Positions 1 to 14,182 of a DNA stretch of 64,000 nucleotides are shown in pieces. Within the stretch, counting starts at the first letter, position 1; each line of letters starts with the position of its first letter. Below the pieces are notes generated by a model that saw only the letters and a program-made list of their open reading frames with translations, was not told where the DNA came from and did not search any database. Source of the stretch: Rhynchobatus australiae (taxonomy: Eukaryota). A program made the translations under genes and the position numbers. The stretch covers positions 55,792,457 through 55,856,456 of the forward strand of contig JAUZTB010000118.1 in NCBI GenBank assembly GCA_034780895.1, in the 5' to 3' direction.

Positions 1-345
1 TCATTTACACTAAGGAGGTGCCAATCGACATTAGGGAAGTTGAAATCACCAATGACAACAACCCTCTTATTTTTGCACCTTTCCAAAATCTGCCTTCTGA
101 TCTGTTCCTTAGTGTCTCTGCTGCTATTGGGTGGTCTGTAGAACACTCCCATAGAGTGAAGGCTTCCTTCCTGTTTCTGACTTCCACCCATATTGATTCA
201 GTAGACAATCCCTCCAGGACATCCTCCCTATCTACAGCTGTGACACTGTCCCTGATCAGCAAAACCACTCCCCCACCTCTTTTACTTCCATCCCTGTCCC
301 TTTTGAAGCATCTAAACCTCAGAATATACAGCAGCCATTCCTGCT
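1..345 (-). mobile_element. CR1-type LINE ORF2 fragment (APE endonuclease region), frameshifted
   Basis: FRCFKRDRDGSKRGGGVVLLIRDSVTAV..LSTESIWVEVRNRK matches the RxDR..GGGV..ESIW motifs of CR1 endonucleases; the frame then degrades. Confidence 0.85.
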
Positions 346-1284
346 CTGGGTCGGGAGTCACATATAGGCCAGACTAGTTAAGAGTGACAGATTCTCTCTC
401 TAAAGGGCTTAGGGGTGCAAATGTTTTTGTAATGACCGTTTTATAGTTTCAATTACTGATCATAGTTTTTAATTCTGATTTACTAACTGAATTTAAACTT
501 CCCAGTTGCTGTGATGAGATGTAAACTCATTTCCCAGGCCGTTAATCCAGGACTGTAAATTACTTGTCTACTGACAAGCACTACAGGGAATTATCAGTAA
601 GTCATTTTTGATCAGTTAGGATAGAATAAAAGAGAGAAAATCCAAGTTGTCTGCTGATATTCTACATTTTATTATATTTAATAGACACATGATATATTTA
701 CTTATCTCTAGAGAAGTGTAAAAAAGTGACATAATTTCCAATCCAAAAGACAAAATCTGGTTTACTTCTACAGTTACAGATGAAGGCTCTGCTTTAGTAC
801 TGTTGCAGATATTGGCATAGGTTCAGCAACACAAATGACGTACGATTCAAGAAAAAAAACCTAACATTTGTATACTCACAAATGTTATTCTTCCATTAAT
901 CTGCAGAATCGGGTTGTAATNNNNNNNNNNNNNNNNNNNNNNNNNTTTTCATCATTTGTGTTCATAATGCGTGCTTTTAATGATTAGTTTAAAAATCAGC
1001 ACCTAATAACAATATGTTCAATCCTATTGTTACTTTGCTGTCACACATTTACAATGTTTTTAAATAAAATTATCTCTGATCATGATGTCAAATGCTGAAG
1101 ATCTGTAGAGCCACATCACACTTTTGAGGAAGCTTGGCATTTTGTCATGAGCTGCCCTTACATTTCTCTATTGGTTAAAAGTACAGAACATTTTCAATAA
1201 TTACTCTTAATGAAAGGAACACCCATGGATTTTCAGATTTAGTCATGATCCATATTCAGAGTTACAAGAAACTCATGAACTTAC

Positions 1285-1410
1285 CTTGACAGGATTTGCT
1301 ATCAGAAGCTGGTGTGAAGCCCATCTCACAATCACATCGGTATCCTCCAGGTGTGTTGAGGCACTGGCCATTCTCACACAGATTAACATTCTCTGCACAT
1401 TCATCCACAT
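1285..1410 (-). CDS. FBN2: Fibrillin exon, cbEGF20 (126 bp)
   Basis: [42 protein letters not shown]; CAG acceptor, GTAAGT donor. Confidence 0.95.
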
Positions 1411-2816
1411 CTGTAAATAATAGTGAATAAAGTAATGTTGTTAATACTTCACAAAACATAAATTTTATATTATGTTCAAGTATTTAACAGAGTGAGAGTT
1501 TCCAATGATTGAATACTCTTACCTACAGGTGTAAATAAAATAAATTTTCCTTTTAATAAGTAAATTTCAGTCTAATTATTTTAATAAACAACCATATCAC
1601 TTTAGCACGGATGACTTTTCAGTTTTATATCAGACATCATTATTTATACAAACATAAGATGAAATGAATCTTTATTCATGTTAATCTTTAGCAGAATGCT
1701 CACAATGACAGCTAATGGTTGAACTCTTCGGAAAGAAATGGCACCAAGCTTTTGGTATACAACTGCTGAACTGCAAAAGGCACCACTACCAGCAAACTCT
1801 ACATACTGTGATGTTGTCTTTGTGGATTCTTGATTCAACATCTGTAACTGATGCCATCACAACACTCTTGAGACTGTACCACACTGTAATATGACTTAAC
1901 CATTTATTAACTTCAGACCAAGTGACTTGAAGTATTACACAGTTTAGATTTGTGTCACTGGCTGAAACACAGACAATACATGTAATTCTGAAAATTTAGC
2001 AGGATATTCTTAATTTTGACATTTGTTTTGTGCAAGCACAGTAATTTCCCAAAGTTTAGAGTAAATCACTGCTTCTAGAAGAGAAAATCCTTGCGTGGCA
2101 GAGCTGGCTATAATCCTATCAGGGTGAGTGAGACAACAATTTAATGCACTGTTGCCTGTGCTCAGCACATTACAATTGGAGATGTATCAGGGCATCACAA
2201 ATAAGAATCTGTTTTTAAGTATTACTCAGCCATCAACCAGTAAAATAATTACTGAGTGGACTTTTTAAATACGACAGCAGACACTTTCGTGCCAAGCCAC
2301 AGGAGATAACTAATCTCATTTTGGCAATCTGTATAGATATGGCAAATCTGCTTTTATTGATGCAAGACAAAGGAGAGGGTAAAATTTCAGTTGGCTTGTG
2401 TTCTTGGTCCTTATTGCCATTTTTGCCAGAAGAATGACTGGATTTGTGGTGGGGGGGGAGTGAGGGCAAGATCAAGTTCCACTCATAATGCCTCTCCTGA
2501 GAGAACTATCTGCCAACCCATACTCTCTATGTTCACATACAAGATCAAACTAACTGGATGAAATATTGGGGGGGCTGCTTGTGCCTGTGGATTTGTACCC
2601 CAAACAGGTCACTAGTTTTAGAAGGAAAGCAGATCAAGGGAAGGAAATTGATAATCTACATAAAACTATAAAGAGGCAGCATATGGATGGTATTATCTGA
2701 AGCCCTTTAACATGTTATGATGGAACCTTATTGAAAAGTGAAATGGTGTACTTTCTGTCCTCATATATAGCTATACTTTTATAAATAAGAGCTTCAGTTT
2801 CATTCATTCATCATAC

Positions 2817-2939
2817 CTGAACACAAAAAGCCATCCCCACTGAAGCCTTCAGAGCAGAGGCAGCGATATGACCCAGGTGTGTTCATACACTTAGCATTGA
2901 GGTTACAATGATGTGTTTCATTGTTGCACTCGTCAAGGT
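2817..2939 (-). CDS. FBN2: Fibrillin exon, cbEGF19 (123 bp)
   Basis: [41 protein letters not shown]; TAG acceptor, GTATG donor. Confidence 0.95.
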
Positions 2940-3099
2940 CTACCAGTTCAAAAAAAGGGCATCTTATTAGTTGAACAGAATGTACAACACATTATACATC
3001 AATTTCTTTCTTAACACAAATGTAATACTAAGTCCAAAAATTCATTAAGAACAGAAAATGCCATTGGTGCAAAGTCAAGAAATATCTTATGATTAAATT

Positions 3100-3250
3100 G
3101 GAACAATACACAAAAAATGCTGGAGGAACTCAGCAGGTCAGGCAGCATCCATGGAGGGGAAATACACAGTTGATGTTTCAGGCCGAGATCTCCAGCACAT
3201 TTTATGTATTGCACCAGATTCTAGCATCTGCAGAATTTTTTGTCTCCATT
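3100..3250. mobile_element. Short inverted-repeat element (Penelope-like terminal-repeat derivative)
   Basis: AAATGCTGGAGGAACTCAGCAGGTCAGGCAGCATC arm followed by the reverse-complement arm CTCCAGCAC..CAGATTCTAGCATCTGCAG; motif recurs through the window. Confidence 0.7.
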
Positions 3251-5946
3251 AAATTGGAACAGTAGTCTAGCCTAGTAATTTATAACTGGCAATGTTGAGT
3301 TATGATATTGTCTGTAAACCATGCCCTGAGGTCTATAAATTTGTGCTCTAGGAAGTGCAGTGTGGCTTTACAGTCACTATGTATGTTCATTGTCCAACAT
3401 TGCAATGGTATTCCATTCACAGGTCTGCCTCTGCAAACTTTAGCAGCACTTCTTTCTTTCTGGAGAGCACAAAGAAACATGTGTCATCTGGGACCAAGGT
3501 CAGGTCCTGGGAAAGCTGGGGGATGGGGAAGGAATGGGTGGCAAAGTGGGGAATGAAGCCACCAGTCAGAAGCCTATTGGTGCCATTACTGGTGGCATCA
3601 CAGCTAAAGAAGCCTTGGAGGGGAAATTAGACCATCGGGAGTTGAGGCAATTTGGGAACAATTTTTGGATTATTTCTCTGGCAAGCCAGAAAGGAGCATT
3701 TTATGGGGTGTGACATTACAATATTAGAAGTGGCTAATGCTGAGAAGGGCCCAGTTGAATTTCTGGAGTGATGCCAAACACTCTGAAAGTGGTTGTTATC
3801 ACAATTCACTCATTCCAAATTTCAATTTCAGCAAACAGTGATAATAAGTAAGGAGAAAAAAGCAACAAAGTATTTCCAGGCAAGTAAGAAGAGGTACTGC
3901 TCTCTCAGCATCCCTCTTCTTCATTTTCAGATAGTCCATAAACATCCTTTCAAAATCCACATAACAAAGGACGGGATCCTGTGAAGTCACAAGCTTCTTT
4001 TGAATGCAATTGTTTACTTATTCAATTGGAAGAGCTCTACAATCCCTTGCATTTTCTTGAAGTAACAACAGAAAGTAACAGAATTACTGAATGAAATGGT
4101 AAATTACTGGCACAGTTGATTCATCAGCAATTGCAATCCTAAGGTAGGAGATCAATCTCCTCATAAGAGTCATATGAGTCTCCTATTGGATGATGGAGTG
4201 TAAGGCCAAGGGCATGACCTAAATAAACCTCATTCCACAGTGTATTAAAAGCTGGTTTAGGAGCTTCAGTGAACTTATTAAATCAGCTCCTCCCAAGGCA
4301 CATTATACTACAGCCAAATTCAATCCCACAGGAATGCAAGAAAACTTAACACTGCAGTTCTGAATGTGTGCCAGTTTGTGTAGTTTGCCAATGTTGCTCC
4401 ACATCATGCAGTGTACTTTGATATTGTTCTGAGATTACACAAAAACTTTTTAATTTGTCTGAATATATTTATCAATCAGGTTGTGTCACCCTCTCCTGCA
4501 AACCCTTTGTTCTTTGATAAAAGAACTCCTGGTATTGGAACAATTATTAACCTCCTAATGTGCCATACAAAATTAATTAATTTTTCACAATGTTGTTTCA
4601 CCCTCAGAGCAGTTCCTGTATTCCAGCACCTGTTATTAAGAATTTTTAGGAAACATGCACATTAATGGTAACTGAATTGGATTTTATTTTATGTGTTCAA
4701 AAATACCTTGATAAAAAAAATACGGACTTTCTTTACTTTAGATAATAATACAACTGACATTCAGAAAAATTAAAGTGAGACCCTGTTCAAACAACTTCAT
4801 GTTTGGTTAAAAATTAAACCTGCTTGTTGTAAGATTCCTTTGTCTGCTCATAGAAGGCTGATTTTTAATTCAGATCTAATAGTTTTGAAAGCTAATCCAT
4901 CAAAATCAAGGGTAGAAAAAAATCCTTAAAGTGGACTGTGGTGAGAAGAGTTTCAAGGAAATGGATCTTTTATCAATGATAAGTATGGAGTTTTAACTGT
5001 TCTGAGGTCGTATAGAAATTGTTTCAGAATATGGCATTTCATTTGTGAAACAACTCTGGTGGTTATTTCCAAATGGCACTGGAAACTGTCATTATTCAAT
5101 CATGATTTTCCGTGTAGCAATGTATGTACGCTCCAGATCCCAATGGTAATTACTCTCAGAAAATCATATTACAAATTAGATTTTTTTAAACTTTGCATTT
5201 AATTTGAAATAAAGTAATTGAAACCAGTCAATTTTTAATATTACAAACTTGAAGCAAAATAAATTTTACTTAGTTCTTTCTGGCTCTATACCAAAGATTG
5301 CCCAAACACACTGCATTAACTCTGTATTCCTCTAACGTTAGCCTCTTGTCTAACCTCCATCTTTTTTGCCCTGCCACTGGAGAATGTACCTTCATGTACA
5401 AGCACTAGAATTTCTACCATAAGCCTCCCTGTTTATTTCTTTCTCTCGCCTCTTTAAAAACTAACTCTAAAAATGCCACTCTTGCTGTTTTGTTATTTAG
5501 TTCTATGTCAATTTTTATCAAATTGGGCATTTGCGAACCATCAAGGATTGTTTTTCTAATTATGGGTAGTACTTAAATTCCGCAATTGCAGTTGTTTTCT
5601 AGAATAATGACACAACTCTTCTCAACAGCAGAATGCACTTTAAATACACTGTTGTAAACTGATAGTAAAAACTATGCAACAATTACTGCACTGCATTTTC
5701 CATCTAAAACAGTTTTCAGTTCAACATTATTCAAAAATGTAATTACAAATGCAATATGCTGTAATAGCCAGAAAACAACCAAAGAAACCTAATTTCTTTC
5801 CTAAGGTATTTATCTACATACAGCACAAATTTGATATGTGATGCACTTCTTTGTCTTATAATTACTTTACAACTTGAAATCAATTCAGTGCAGTTTCAAC
5901 TTTATGAACATAATTGTCCACTATTTCTTGACCCTGGAGAACTCAC

Positions 5947-6069
5947 CAACACAAGAGGTGCCATCACCGATCCATCCCTCACGGCAGCTGCACTGGAAGC
6001 TTCCAGGAATATTGACACATGAAGCATGCATGTCACAATTGTGGGCCCCAATTTCACACTCATCAACAT
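5947..6069 (-). CDS. FBN2: Fibrillin exon, cbEGF18 (123 bp)
   Basis: [41 protein letters not shown]; TAG acceptor, GTGAGT donor. Confidence 0.95.
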
Positions 6070-7249
6070 CTATAATCACAGAAGATACACTTTAGAATTA
6101 GCCTTGGTTTTGAACCATATATCCTATCAGATAAAGAAATCACTGCCAAGACTTGAAAAAATGGTGCCACAAATTTAAAACTTGTTCTGTAGAAAGAAGT
6201 GTTTAATGAAAATAATTTAGTTGCTTCTATGAAATTTTTTGATGAAGCTGGTATCATTATCCAATACTGATTTAAGAATAACTTACACAATAGAAATATG
6301 TGAAATGCCTTGAGATTATGAAAAAAAATGCTATTTGTGCAGTAAACTCCTCGATTAATCACTGTATCTTACTCAGTATCTAGGCAATGCAGTATGTTTG
6401 CAAATCAGGTGCAATAGTCAACATCTTCTCCAATGCCATATGGAGAAGAATTATCCCCTTTGTTACGTACCAGCAACAACAGAAACACACTGAGACATGT
6501 ATAAGTGTTAAAAACTACTTTATTAATAACTACTTATNNNNNNNNNNNNNNNNNNNNNNNNNNNNNNNNNNNNNNNNNNNNNNNNNNNNNNNNNNNNNNN
6601 NNNNNNNNNNNNNNNNNNNNNNNNNNNNNNNNNNNNNNNNNNNNNNNNNNNNNNNNNNNNNNNNNNNNNNNNNNNNNNNNNNNNNNNNNNNNNNNNNNNN
6701 NNNNNNNNNNNNNNNNNNNNNNNNNNNNNNNNNNNNNNNNNNNNNNNNNNNNNNNNNNNNNNNNNNNNNNNNNNNNNNNNNNNNNNNNNNNNNNNNNNNN
6801 NNNNNNNNNNNNNNNNNNNNNNNNNNNNNNNNNNNNNNNNNNNNNNNNNNNNNNNNNNNNNNNNNNNNNNNNNNNNNNNNNNNNNNNNNNNNNNNNNNNN
6901 NNNNNNNNNNNNNNNNNNNNNNNNNNNNNNNNNNNNNNNNNNNNNNNNNNNNNNNNNNNNNNNNNNNNNNNNNNNNNNNNNNNNNNNNNNNNNNNNNNNN
7001 NNNNNNNNNNNNNNNNNNNNNNNNNNNNNNNNNNNNNNNNNNNNNNNNNNNNNNNNNNNNNNNNNNNNNNNNNNNNNNNNNNNNNNNNNNNNNNNNNNNN
7101 NNNNNNNNNNNNNNNNNNNNNNNNNNNNNNNNNNNNNNNNNNNNNNNNNNNNNNNNNNNNNNNNNNNNNNNNNTTTATAGTCTTCTACTTAAAAATAATG
7201 TAGGAGGATTTTTAATATGACACATCTTGCAGCAATTGGTTGACCCTAC

Positions 7250-7375
7250 CTGAACATCCAGTTGTTCCTTTCTTCACAAAGTATCCGAGCTGGCAATGGC
7301 AGATAAAGGAACCTTTGGTATTCTCACAGTCACCATAGAGACAGATGTTAGAGTTCAAATCACATTCATTCACAT
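7250..7375 (-). CDS. FBN2: Fibrillin exon, cbEGF17 (126 bp)
   Basis: [42 protein letters not shown]; CAG acceptor, GTAGG donor. Confidence 0.95.
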
Positions 7376-7538
7376 CTGAAATGAGATATCCTTATGTCAC
7401 TATTAGCAATTAACTAATTTATGGTAGCATTAATGTTGTGATAAATATGTCCTGGATGTGTCATGTGCAAAATTTGCTTATGCTTCACTAAATGTACATA
7501 ACAATTTAGAAAAAAAAGGTTGCCTTTTTAGTATTTAC

Positions 7539-7664
7539 CAATGCAGGTCCTCATGTCCATAGAAGCCATGAATCCATCAAAACACAGGCAGCGATATTCC
7601 CCAGGGATGTTAGTGCATTGTCCACCATCACAGATATCAGGATTATCCTCACATTCATCAATGT
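7539..7664 (-). CDS. FBN2: Fibrillin exon, cbEGF16 (126 bp)
   Basis: [42 protein letters not shown]; TAG acceptor, GTAAA donor. Confidence 0.95.
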
Positions 7665-8428
7665 CTAATGAAGCAAGAAAAGAAATGTCAAGTGAAAATC
7701 ACGTAGTTGAATAATCCTCCTTACACTGTTGCTTAAATAAAATCTGTTTTCAAAGGTGGAAAAAATATTGAGATGAGTTGTAACCTTGATTTTTAGTGCT
7801 TAAACAGACCTTTACAGATTAACAGAAGAACTACTGATCGTAATTTTGCTGTGAAATACCAGAAAGTCTGCACTAAATTGCCAGATTTAGTGCATTCACT
7901 GTATTAAATGCCAGTAAATTTCAGAACTCCCACACAAACGTGCAAGTCATAAACCTACTGGCTGAGCTCCATCAGCCGGTCCCTGGCTGTGCTCTGCTGC
8001 TGGAGTCCTCTTGGCGTCCAAAAGCAGAACAGAGGCTTGTCAAGATTTAGGCTGGGTGGCCTTCTCTTCAATCCTGCACCAAGTCCAACCTGGCACAGGT
8101 TCAGCATGCCCACTGATTGCAGTGGGAGTGTGGTGCAGCAGGGAATTAAAAAAACACTGCTTTATGTTGTTAATTTTTTTAATGTTTTTAATTGATTTTA
8201 CTTGGTCCATTTATTTTACATATTTGATTCTAATAATTAAATTTAATATTTATATTTCCAAACAAGATTGATCTAGATTTCACTGTGTAAAGTTTGGGTG
8301 AGCACTAAGAACAAACTGTCTCACGGCAATAAAATCCGGGTCATTAAAAACGGCTCAGCTCTAAATTACTTAAACCTGCTGTAACAGCTGATCATATCTG
8401 ACTAGAATAAAATATCCTCTCAGTTTAC

Positions 8429-8551
8429 CTGCACAAGTTCTTTTATCCGGCATTAGAGCATAACCTTCAATGCAACTGCATTCGTAACTGCCTTCTGAAT
8501 TTGTACAATGTGTGTCACAGCCTCCATTCATGATAGTACATTCGTCAATAT
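8429..8551 (-). CDS. FBN2: Fibrillin exon, cbEGF15 (123 bp)
   Basis: [41 protein letters not shown]; CAG acceptor, GTAAA donor. Confidence 0.95.
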
Positions 8552-8999
8552 CTGAAATATGGAGCAGGTAGTAAAAACGGTGTTACTTAATCATTAAGTT
8601 TTCATGATGATATACATTCTAAATGCAGCTTACATGCCTATTTCGTTACATCAAATAAATTGTACAAAGGGTTAAGCCGGAGAGTGCTTTACAACATCAA
8701 AGTTGAAAAAGATAGTGCCAAATTTTTTGGAACTTTTCCAAATTTTCTGCTTTAAGTTAAGCAGGAACCCAAAATTTCAAAGCAGAGTGTGAGAAACCAT
8801 CCATAAAAGGGAAGATGACATTGGTTGATACCAAAGTTATGCTTTAAGATGGTAAATTTAAAGTTTGGAAAAGAGACAGCATGTTAAAGCATCCAGGGAA
8901 TATTTTATTCATTTATGGGCTATTGGGTAAAGAGTTTTAAGCATCTACACCCAGTGATGATAGCAAAAATGATTCATTTCTATAATCAGCATAATATTT

Positions 9000-9960
9000 A
9001 GCTTGGAAGGTGATCCCATGTGCATGTTGCCCTTATCTTGATGGTAGAATTCACAAGATTGGGATATGGCTTTGAAGTACCTTCACAAGTAACTTGCATT
9101 GCATTTTGTGTGCAATTTATGTTTATGTTTTTCTTGTGAATGCTGCTTATATGATGCTATGTGCTTGTGATGTTACCGAAAGTAAGTCTTTCATTGCACC
9201 TGTGCATCCATGTACTTGTGCATATGACAATAAACTCGACTTTGACTTTAGACAGCCACTTTGCATTGGTGGGAACAGGAAGAATATTTAGATATTCAGG
9301 ACAAAGTGGGCTGCTTTATTCTGGAAATCATCAATCTTCTTGACTTGTGTTCTGAATCTATCCCACTTAGCTCCACAAAACATGATGGAGGCTGTCAAGA
9401 ATGCCGTTTCCACAAGGACTGTCATTCTTACCAATGCTGTTAACAGATGTATCTGCAGTAGGTAGATTGATGAGGACAAAGTCAAGTGGGTTTACTTCTG
9501 TTGTCTCACTCAGGACTTGCTGCAAAATTAAAACGTCACCAGCTCATTTGGTCATGGTAGGTTCAAGCCATTTTTGCTGATGGATATTGATGTCCAATTG
9601 CAGAACATTTTGTGCCCTTGCAACTCTCAATGCTCCTTCCAAGTGGTATTCAACATGGAGGATGACAAAAGGGGAATCTTTGCTTGCCTGTTTAACCTGA
9701 TGTCATGAAACTTTATAGGGTACAGAGTCAGAATTAAGGACTCCCAGAGCAATCTTTCTTAAGAGCACACCACTATGCTGTACTCCCAGTAGGTTTGTCC
9801 TGCCTGTAGGACAAGTTGTATATAGGAAATTATGACAGGAATTTGACAAATGCCAAATGAGCACCAGGCTCATCCAGACAGCTGTCCCCAGATGTTTGCT
9901 CAGTGGATTTTGCCAAGTCAGCTGGGCTGGGAGCAATTTTACCACATCTTAACCTGAATT
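9000..9960 (-). mobile_element. Degenerate LINE relic interrupted by a younger LINE tail
   Basis: Resembles decayed chondrichthyan LINE RT sequence (from memory); no intact ORF. Confidence 0.45.
9105..9249 (+). mobile_element. 3' tail of a non-LTR retrotransposon (Rex1/RTE-like)
   Basis: Ends TGACAATAAACTC followed by (GACTTT)2, a polyA signal plus short-repeat tail. Confidence 0.6.
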
Positions 9961-11357
9961 TGATGCCAAACTGTACAATCTGGTTTTATTCTCACCTTAT
10001 TTAAGAGAAGTGCTTTTTGATACAAAAAATTGGTTTGCTAGGGTATTTCAGAGGTTAAAAATATGGGTCAGGAGTCACACAAGTAAGAGCAATAAATTTT
10101 TTCCAGTAATCAAGGGGATTAATGACAATTTGTTAATTACATCATCAACACTATTGACATGAGCATTTTTTAAAAAACAAAATCCAAATGATTTAATTTA
10201 CTGAATTCAAATTCTGATCTTAGTGAAATTTAAATTCATGTCCTTGGATTATGAGTAGATAGCTCTATACTACTAATCACACAATAATCTAAGATTGCCC
10301 ATTATGATCATAGGATGAAGAGAAATCAATAAAAAGAGAGCAAGTTTGCCATTCTACTAATGCCAACAAAGAGTCTGGTAGAAAAATTAGGTGCGATATT
10401 TTAATCTGAATAGCTAATGATTGACGGATACTTATTCAAGATAATGGACAGAGGGAATTTTCCTCAGTGGGGCAATGTTTTGATGGCGCAGGCCATCCAG
10501 CCACCCATCCATGTAAATGCAACCCGTGATTCTGGACAGCTGAGCATGCAGACTGGGCTCCTTGTTATTCCCCAAATCATAAACAACAGCTGCCACTCAA
10601 AGGAAAAGCGTAGTATTGATGGTAAAGCAGTAGCATACTTAAAAAAAAATCAGAAGATGCAGCCAGACAGAGTCAAAAAGGAATGGCAGGATACAAATTG
10701 TCCTCTTGTCAATGCCCCATTTATTTTCTTGAGACTTAGAGTTAACAGATAAAGGTTGGACACAGAAATGAGGGAAAAGAAGTTGCACTAAGGTGCTGTC
10801 CCATTAGCCTCCTGTGACTTATGGAGTTCCTAGGATGGAGCTCAAGTATGATTGGAGCCCAAATAAGGACTCACTCAGTCCTACTGGCATACTAGGAAGG
10901 AACAGGTGGTTAGCATTCTGGTGGTGTGGATGGCCACCTATCTCGGATAGGCTGTCTTCAGTAAAAAAAATAAAGTTATATTTGGCCTGACCTTTGGAAT
11001 GGCCCCATGCTGTCCGATGTAGGGGCCTATTTCTTAAATGGACCAATCTGAGCGCGTCTCCACTTGCACATTAAAACCATAGGCTGGCGCATCTCTTCTT
11101 GGTAAAGAGGTAAGAACCTGATTTGACTCTAACGATTTTCTACAGCAGAGTTGGGGAGGTGGAGGTGAATTTGTCATACTTTGATCCTCAGAAATCAATG
11201 CCAAGAATGGTGAAAAATGACAACTTGAGCTTTGAGTAACTCATTCAGCATTCTTAAGGCAGTAAGGTGCAAAACTAAAAAGTAGTTGACTATATAGTTG
11301 GCAATAAAATGCTTCTGTAACCAAATTACATATTCAATACATCTCAATGAATCTTAC

Positions 11358-11483
11358 CAACACAGCCTTGCCTGTCAGGGGTAGCCTGATATCCTGGGTT
11401 GCAGGCACACTGATAGGTTCCAATCATATTTACACACTTGCCATTTCTGCAGAGGTTGTCACTGAGGGAACACTCATTGATAT
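11358..11483 (-). CDS. FBN2: Fibrillin exon, cbEGF14 (126 bp)
   Basis: [42 protein letters not shown]; CAG acceptor, GTAAG donor. Confidence 0.95.
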
Positions 11484-11622
11484 CTGAAAAACCGGAAGAA
11501 AGGAGAAAACTTCACATATTGAAGAAAAAAGTTCAAAGATCGGGAAAAGAAGAAATTTTGAAAATAAAATGCAGGCCTTGAACAGTCACAGCATCTCCAG
11601 TGAGTAGCTATATTTCTCTTAC

Positions 11623-11748
11623 CAACACAGGCACTGCCATCCGAAGTGAGCTCGTGCCCTGGAGGGCACATGCATCTATAGCTGCCTTCTGTGTTTATAC
11701 ATGTACCACCTCGGCACAGCAAAGGGTTTCTCTCACATTCATCAATAT
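11623..11748 (-). CDS. FBN2: Fibrillin exon, cbEGF13 (126 bp)
   Basis: [42 protein letters not shown]; CAG acceptor, GTAAG donor. Confidence 0.95.
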
Positions 11749-12720
11749 CTGCATAAGGAAAGAAAAGGTAACATCATGATATTTGCTCAAGATGCCAAAG
11801 CAGTTCAAGTAAAATGTAGTATCATAGGAAGCACTAAAAGTCATTTGTACTTTAATCTTTAAAAATACATATAAATGACACATCAAAAGGATAAATCAGA
11901 AGTATTTTACACCATGCCTTACAGGAAACTATCACAATAAAGTTGTTACTAAATGAAGCATAGAAGATCATAGAAAATTTCAAAAGGGGCTACCCAGCCC
12001 AATGTACCACTGCAGTCACAGCTCTTCCTATACTTTTCAAATGTGATGAGAGTTCTTGCCTTTACCATCCTTTCAGGCAGTGAGTTTCAAGCCTCCATCA
12101 TAGTAGATGAAACAAAAATTCCTCATCTCCTCCATGAAATACTTAAAGCTTGAAGCAACGTTCAGGATCATGCCAAAACCAGCACTGGTTGCCTACATTA
12201 ATACATTTTTATAAACTGATGTTTATCAGAGTTATAAAATATTTGCTCCATTCTATAATGCACATTGAAAAATGGCTGAATATCGAACAGAATTAAAACC
12301 CATTAGCTACCAGGAGAAACCTTCCTTCAGCAGCTATTCCTCCATTAATGCAAATGAATCACTTTCTCCATTTGTAGATTCCTCTGTGCCAAAGACCATT
12401 CTCTGACTGAGGAAAAAAGCAAGAAATTCGCACTCTGGAACCTGTCTAAGTAACCCTATAGCTTAATTTTAAGAAGCCAGATTAAATGATTGAAGTGACT
12501 ACTTGAATTCTTCCCTCTTCCTGTGAGGATATAACTGACATCCATCTTTAGCCTCTTCTAATTATAATTTTTGTTTAGTCTATACTCTCATAGCTTTTTA
12601 CATTTATTGATTTGCCATCAACTGTGCAACTGATAATAGTATTGAATTTAGGTTGTATTAACTAAATCACTGCCGACTTTCATGGAATGAACTTGATCAA
12701 TTAATTTATGAATTACTTAC

Positions 12721-12849
12721 CCATACAGTTCTTCATCATCATAAATCCACTCTCAAAGCCTTCAAAGCACTCACACTCAAAGCTGCCAGGAGTATTGACA
12801 CAAGTTCCATTCCCACAGAGGTCAGGAGAGATGCGACATTCGTCAATGT
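12721..12849 (-). CDS. FBN2: Fibrillin exon, cbEGF12 (129 bp)
   Basis: [43 protein letters not shown]; AAG acceptor, GTAAGT donor. Confidence 0.95.
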
Positions 12850-14056
12850 CTTATTAAAGAGAGAAAAAACATATTCAGGAATTTAAAGGAGTGAGAAAAA
12901 TTATTAAGTATTTGTTTTTGTGCTGTATTTTTGGTTAAACATAGCTGCTCCATGACTATGAGAGAAAAGTAAATTACAACAAGAGGTATGAAAATAAGGT
13001 ATGAAGGGAGCTGAAAATATCAAAGGTCAGTGAAATCATTTGAAATTATATGAATTAGGAATGAGAGAGTAAGGATGCAGCCTACTTTAGTTGCAAAGTT
13101 CTAATATAAGGCACTCCAGAAGATATTCCAATCGAATCTCAGCATTGCTCCTTATTACTGATGCTGAATATTTTGAATATCAAGTGGGCAAGTAAGCCTG
13201 GCATTCAAATCTTATCTCACTGGATTTTGTTACAATCTATTTTCCCTTTTCCTGTAATATAACTGGCTGAACTGCATTCAGGAAATTAAACTATTTATTA
13301 TTATTTCTAATCAAATGTATTACAATTTGTCCAAGAAAGAGAAATNNNNNNNNNNTAAAGTTATTCACAAATCTTGCTTTAATATCTTGTGGGAAATTCT
13401 ATGTGGAAGCTAACAATTAGACAAAATGGCTTAAAATTCCATGATTTAATTTTCTATCAACTAAAATTGGACAATTTTAATTAAATTTAATTATTTATGG
13501 TATTAATACAAAATTGTTTTCAAATCTTAACATTTAAATATTAATTAAATGGTCTGCAATTACACCTCAGCAGACCAAAGATAATAGATGTTTGAACTGT
13601 ACACTTAGTTACATTTTATAGAATTTTAATATTGTGAGATTGTTCTTATATCAACAATGCATTGTGTCTACTCAATGTTCTACCTTCTCATTTTTACTAC
13701 TTTCTGCTGTTTGAATAAGGTTGTGCCTGAATTTGTGTCTGTATTTCCTGATCTTCTGTATTTCTGTTGCTGGGTCTGTCCCAGTATTTGTCCTGTTCAC
13801 AACATTTAAGCAGTTGATTAGTGAATGTGCTGCTGATCCCATTTATGCAATTTATCCTGTTGAACAGCTGGTCAAACTTTTATAGTCATCCCTTGTCTAT
13901 ATTGATTTTTTTCCTTTCTACGTTGTTGGCACTATTGATGATACAGGTACTAACGCTGTGTATGTTCTGCGTATGCTTTCAGTTGTGTTTGTCTTGCTTA
14001 ACTTATTTGTACTGTTCATTCTGTTGACACTGGTCATTTGGCTCATGTTATCTTAC

Positions 14057-14182
14057 CTGTGCAGTTCCTTTCCTCCATATCCAGAGCAAATCCACTGTCA
14101 CATTTACATCTAAAACTGCCAATGGTGTTCCTGCATCTTCCATTAATGCAGAGGTTGTGGAACACTTTACATTCATTGACAT
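14057..14182 (-). CDS. FBN2: Fibrillin exon, cbEGF11 (126 bp)
   Basis: [42 protein letters not shown]; CAG acceptor, GTAAG donor. Confidence 0.95.

Noticed and set aside
6387-7220. Long ORFs made mostly of X (also near 22.3k, 29.7k, 35.6k, 37.7k, 41.1k, 58.4k)
   Set aside because: Artefacts of reading through N-gaps.
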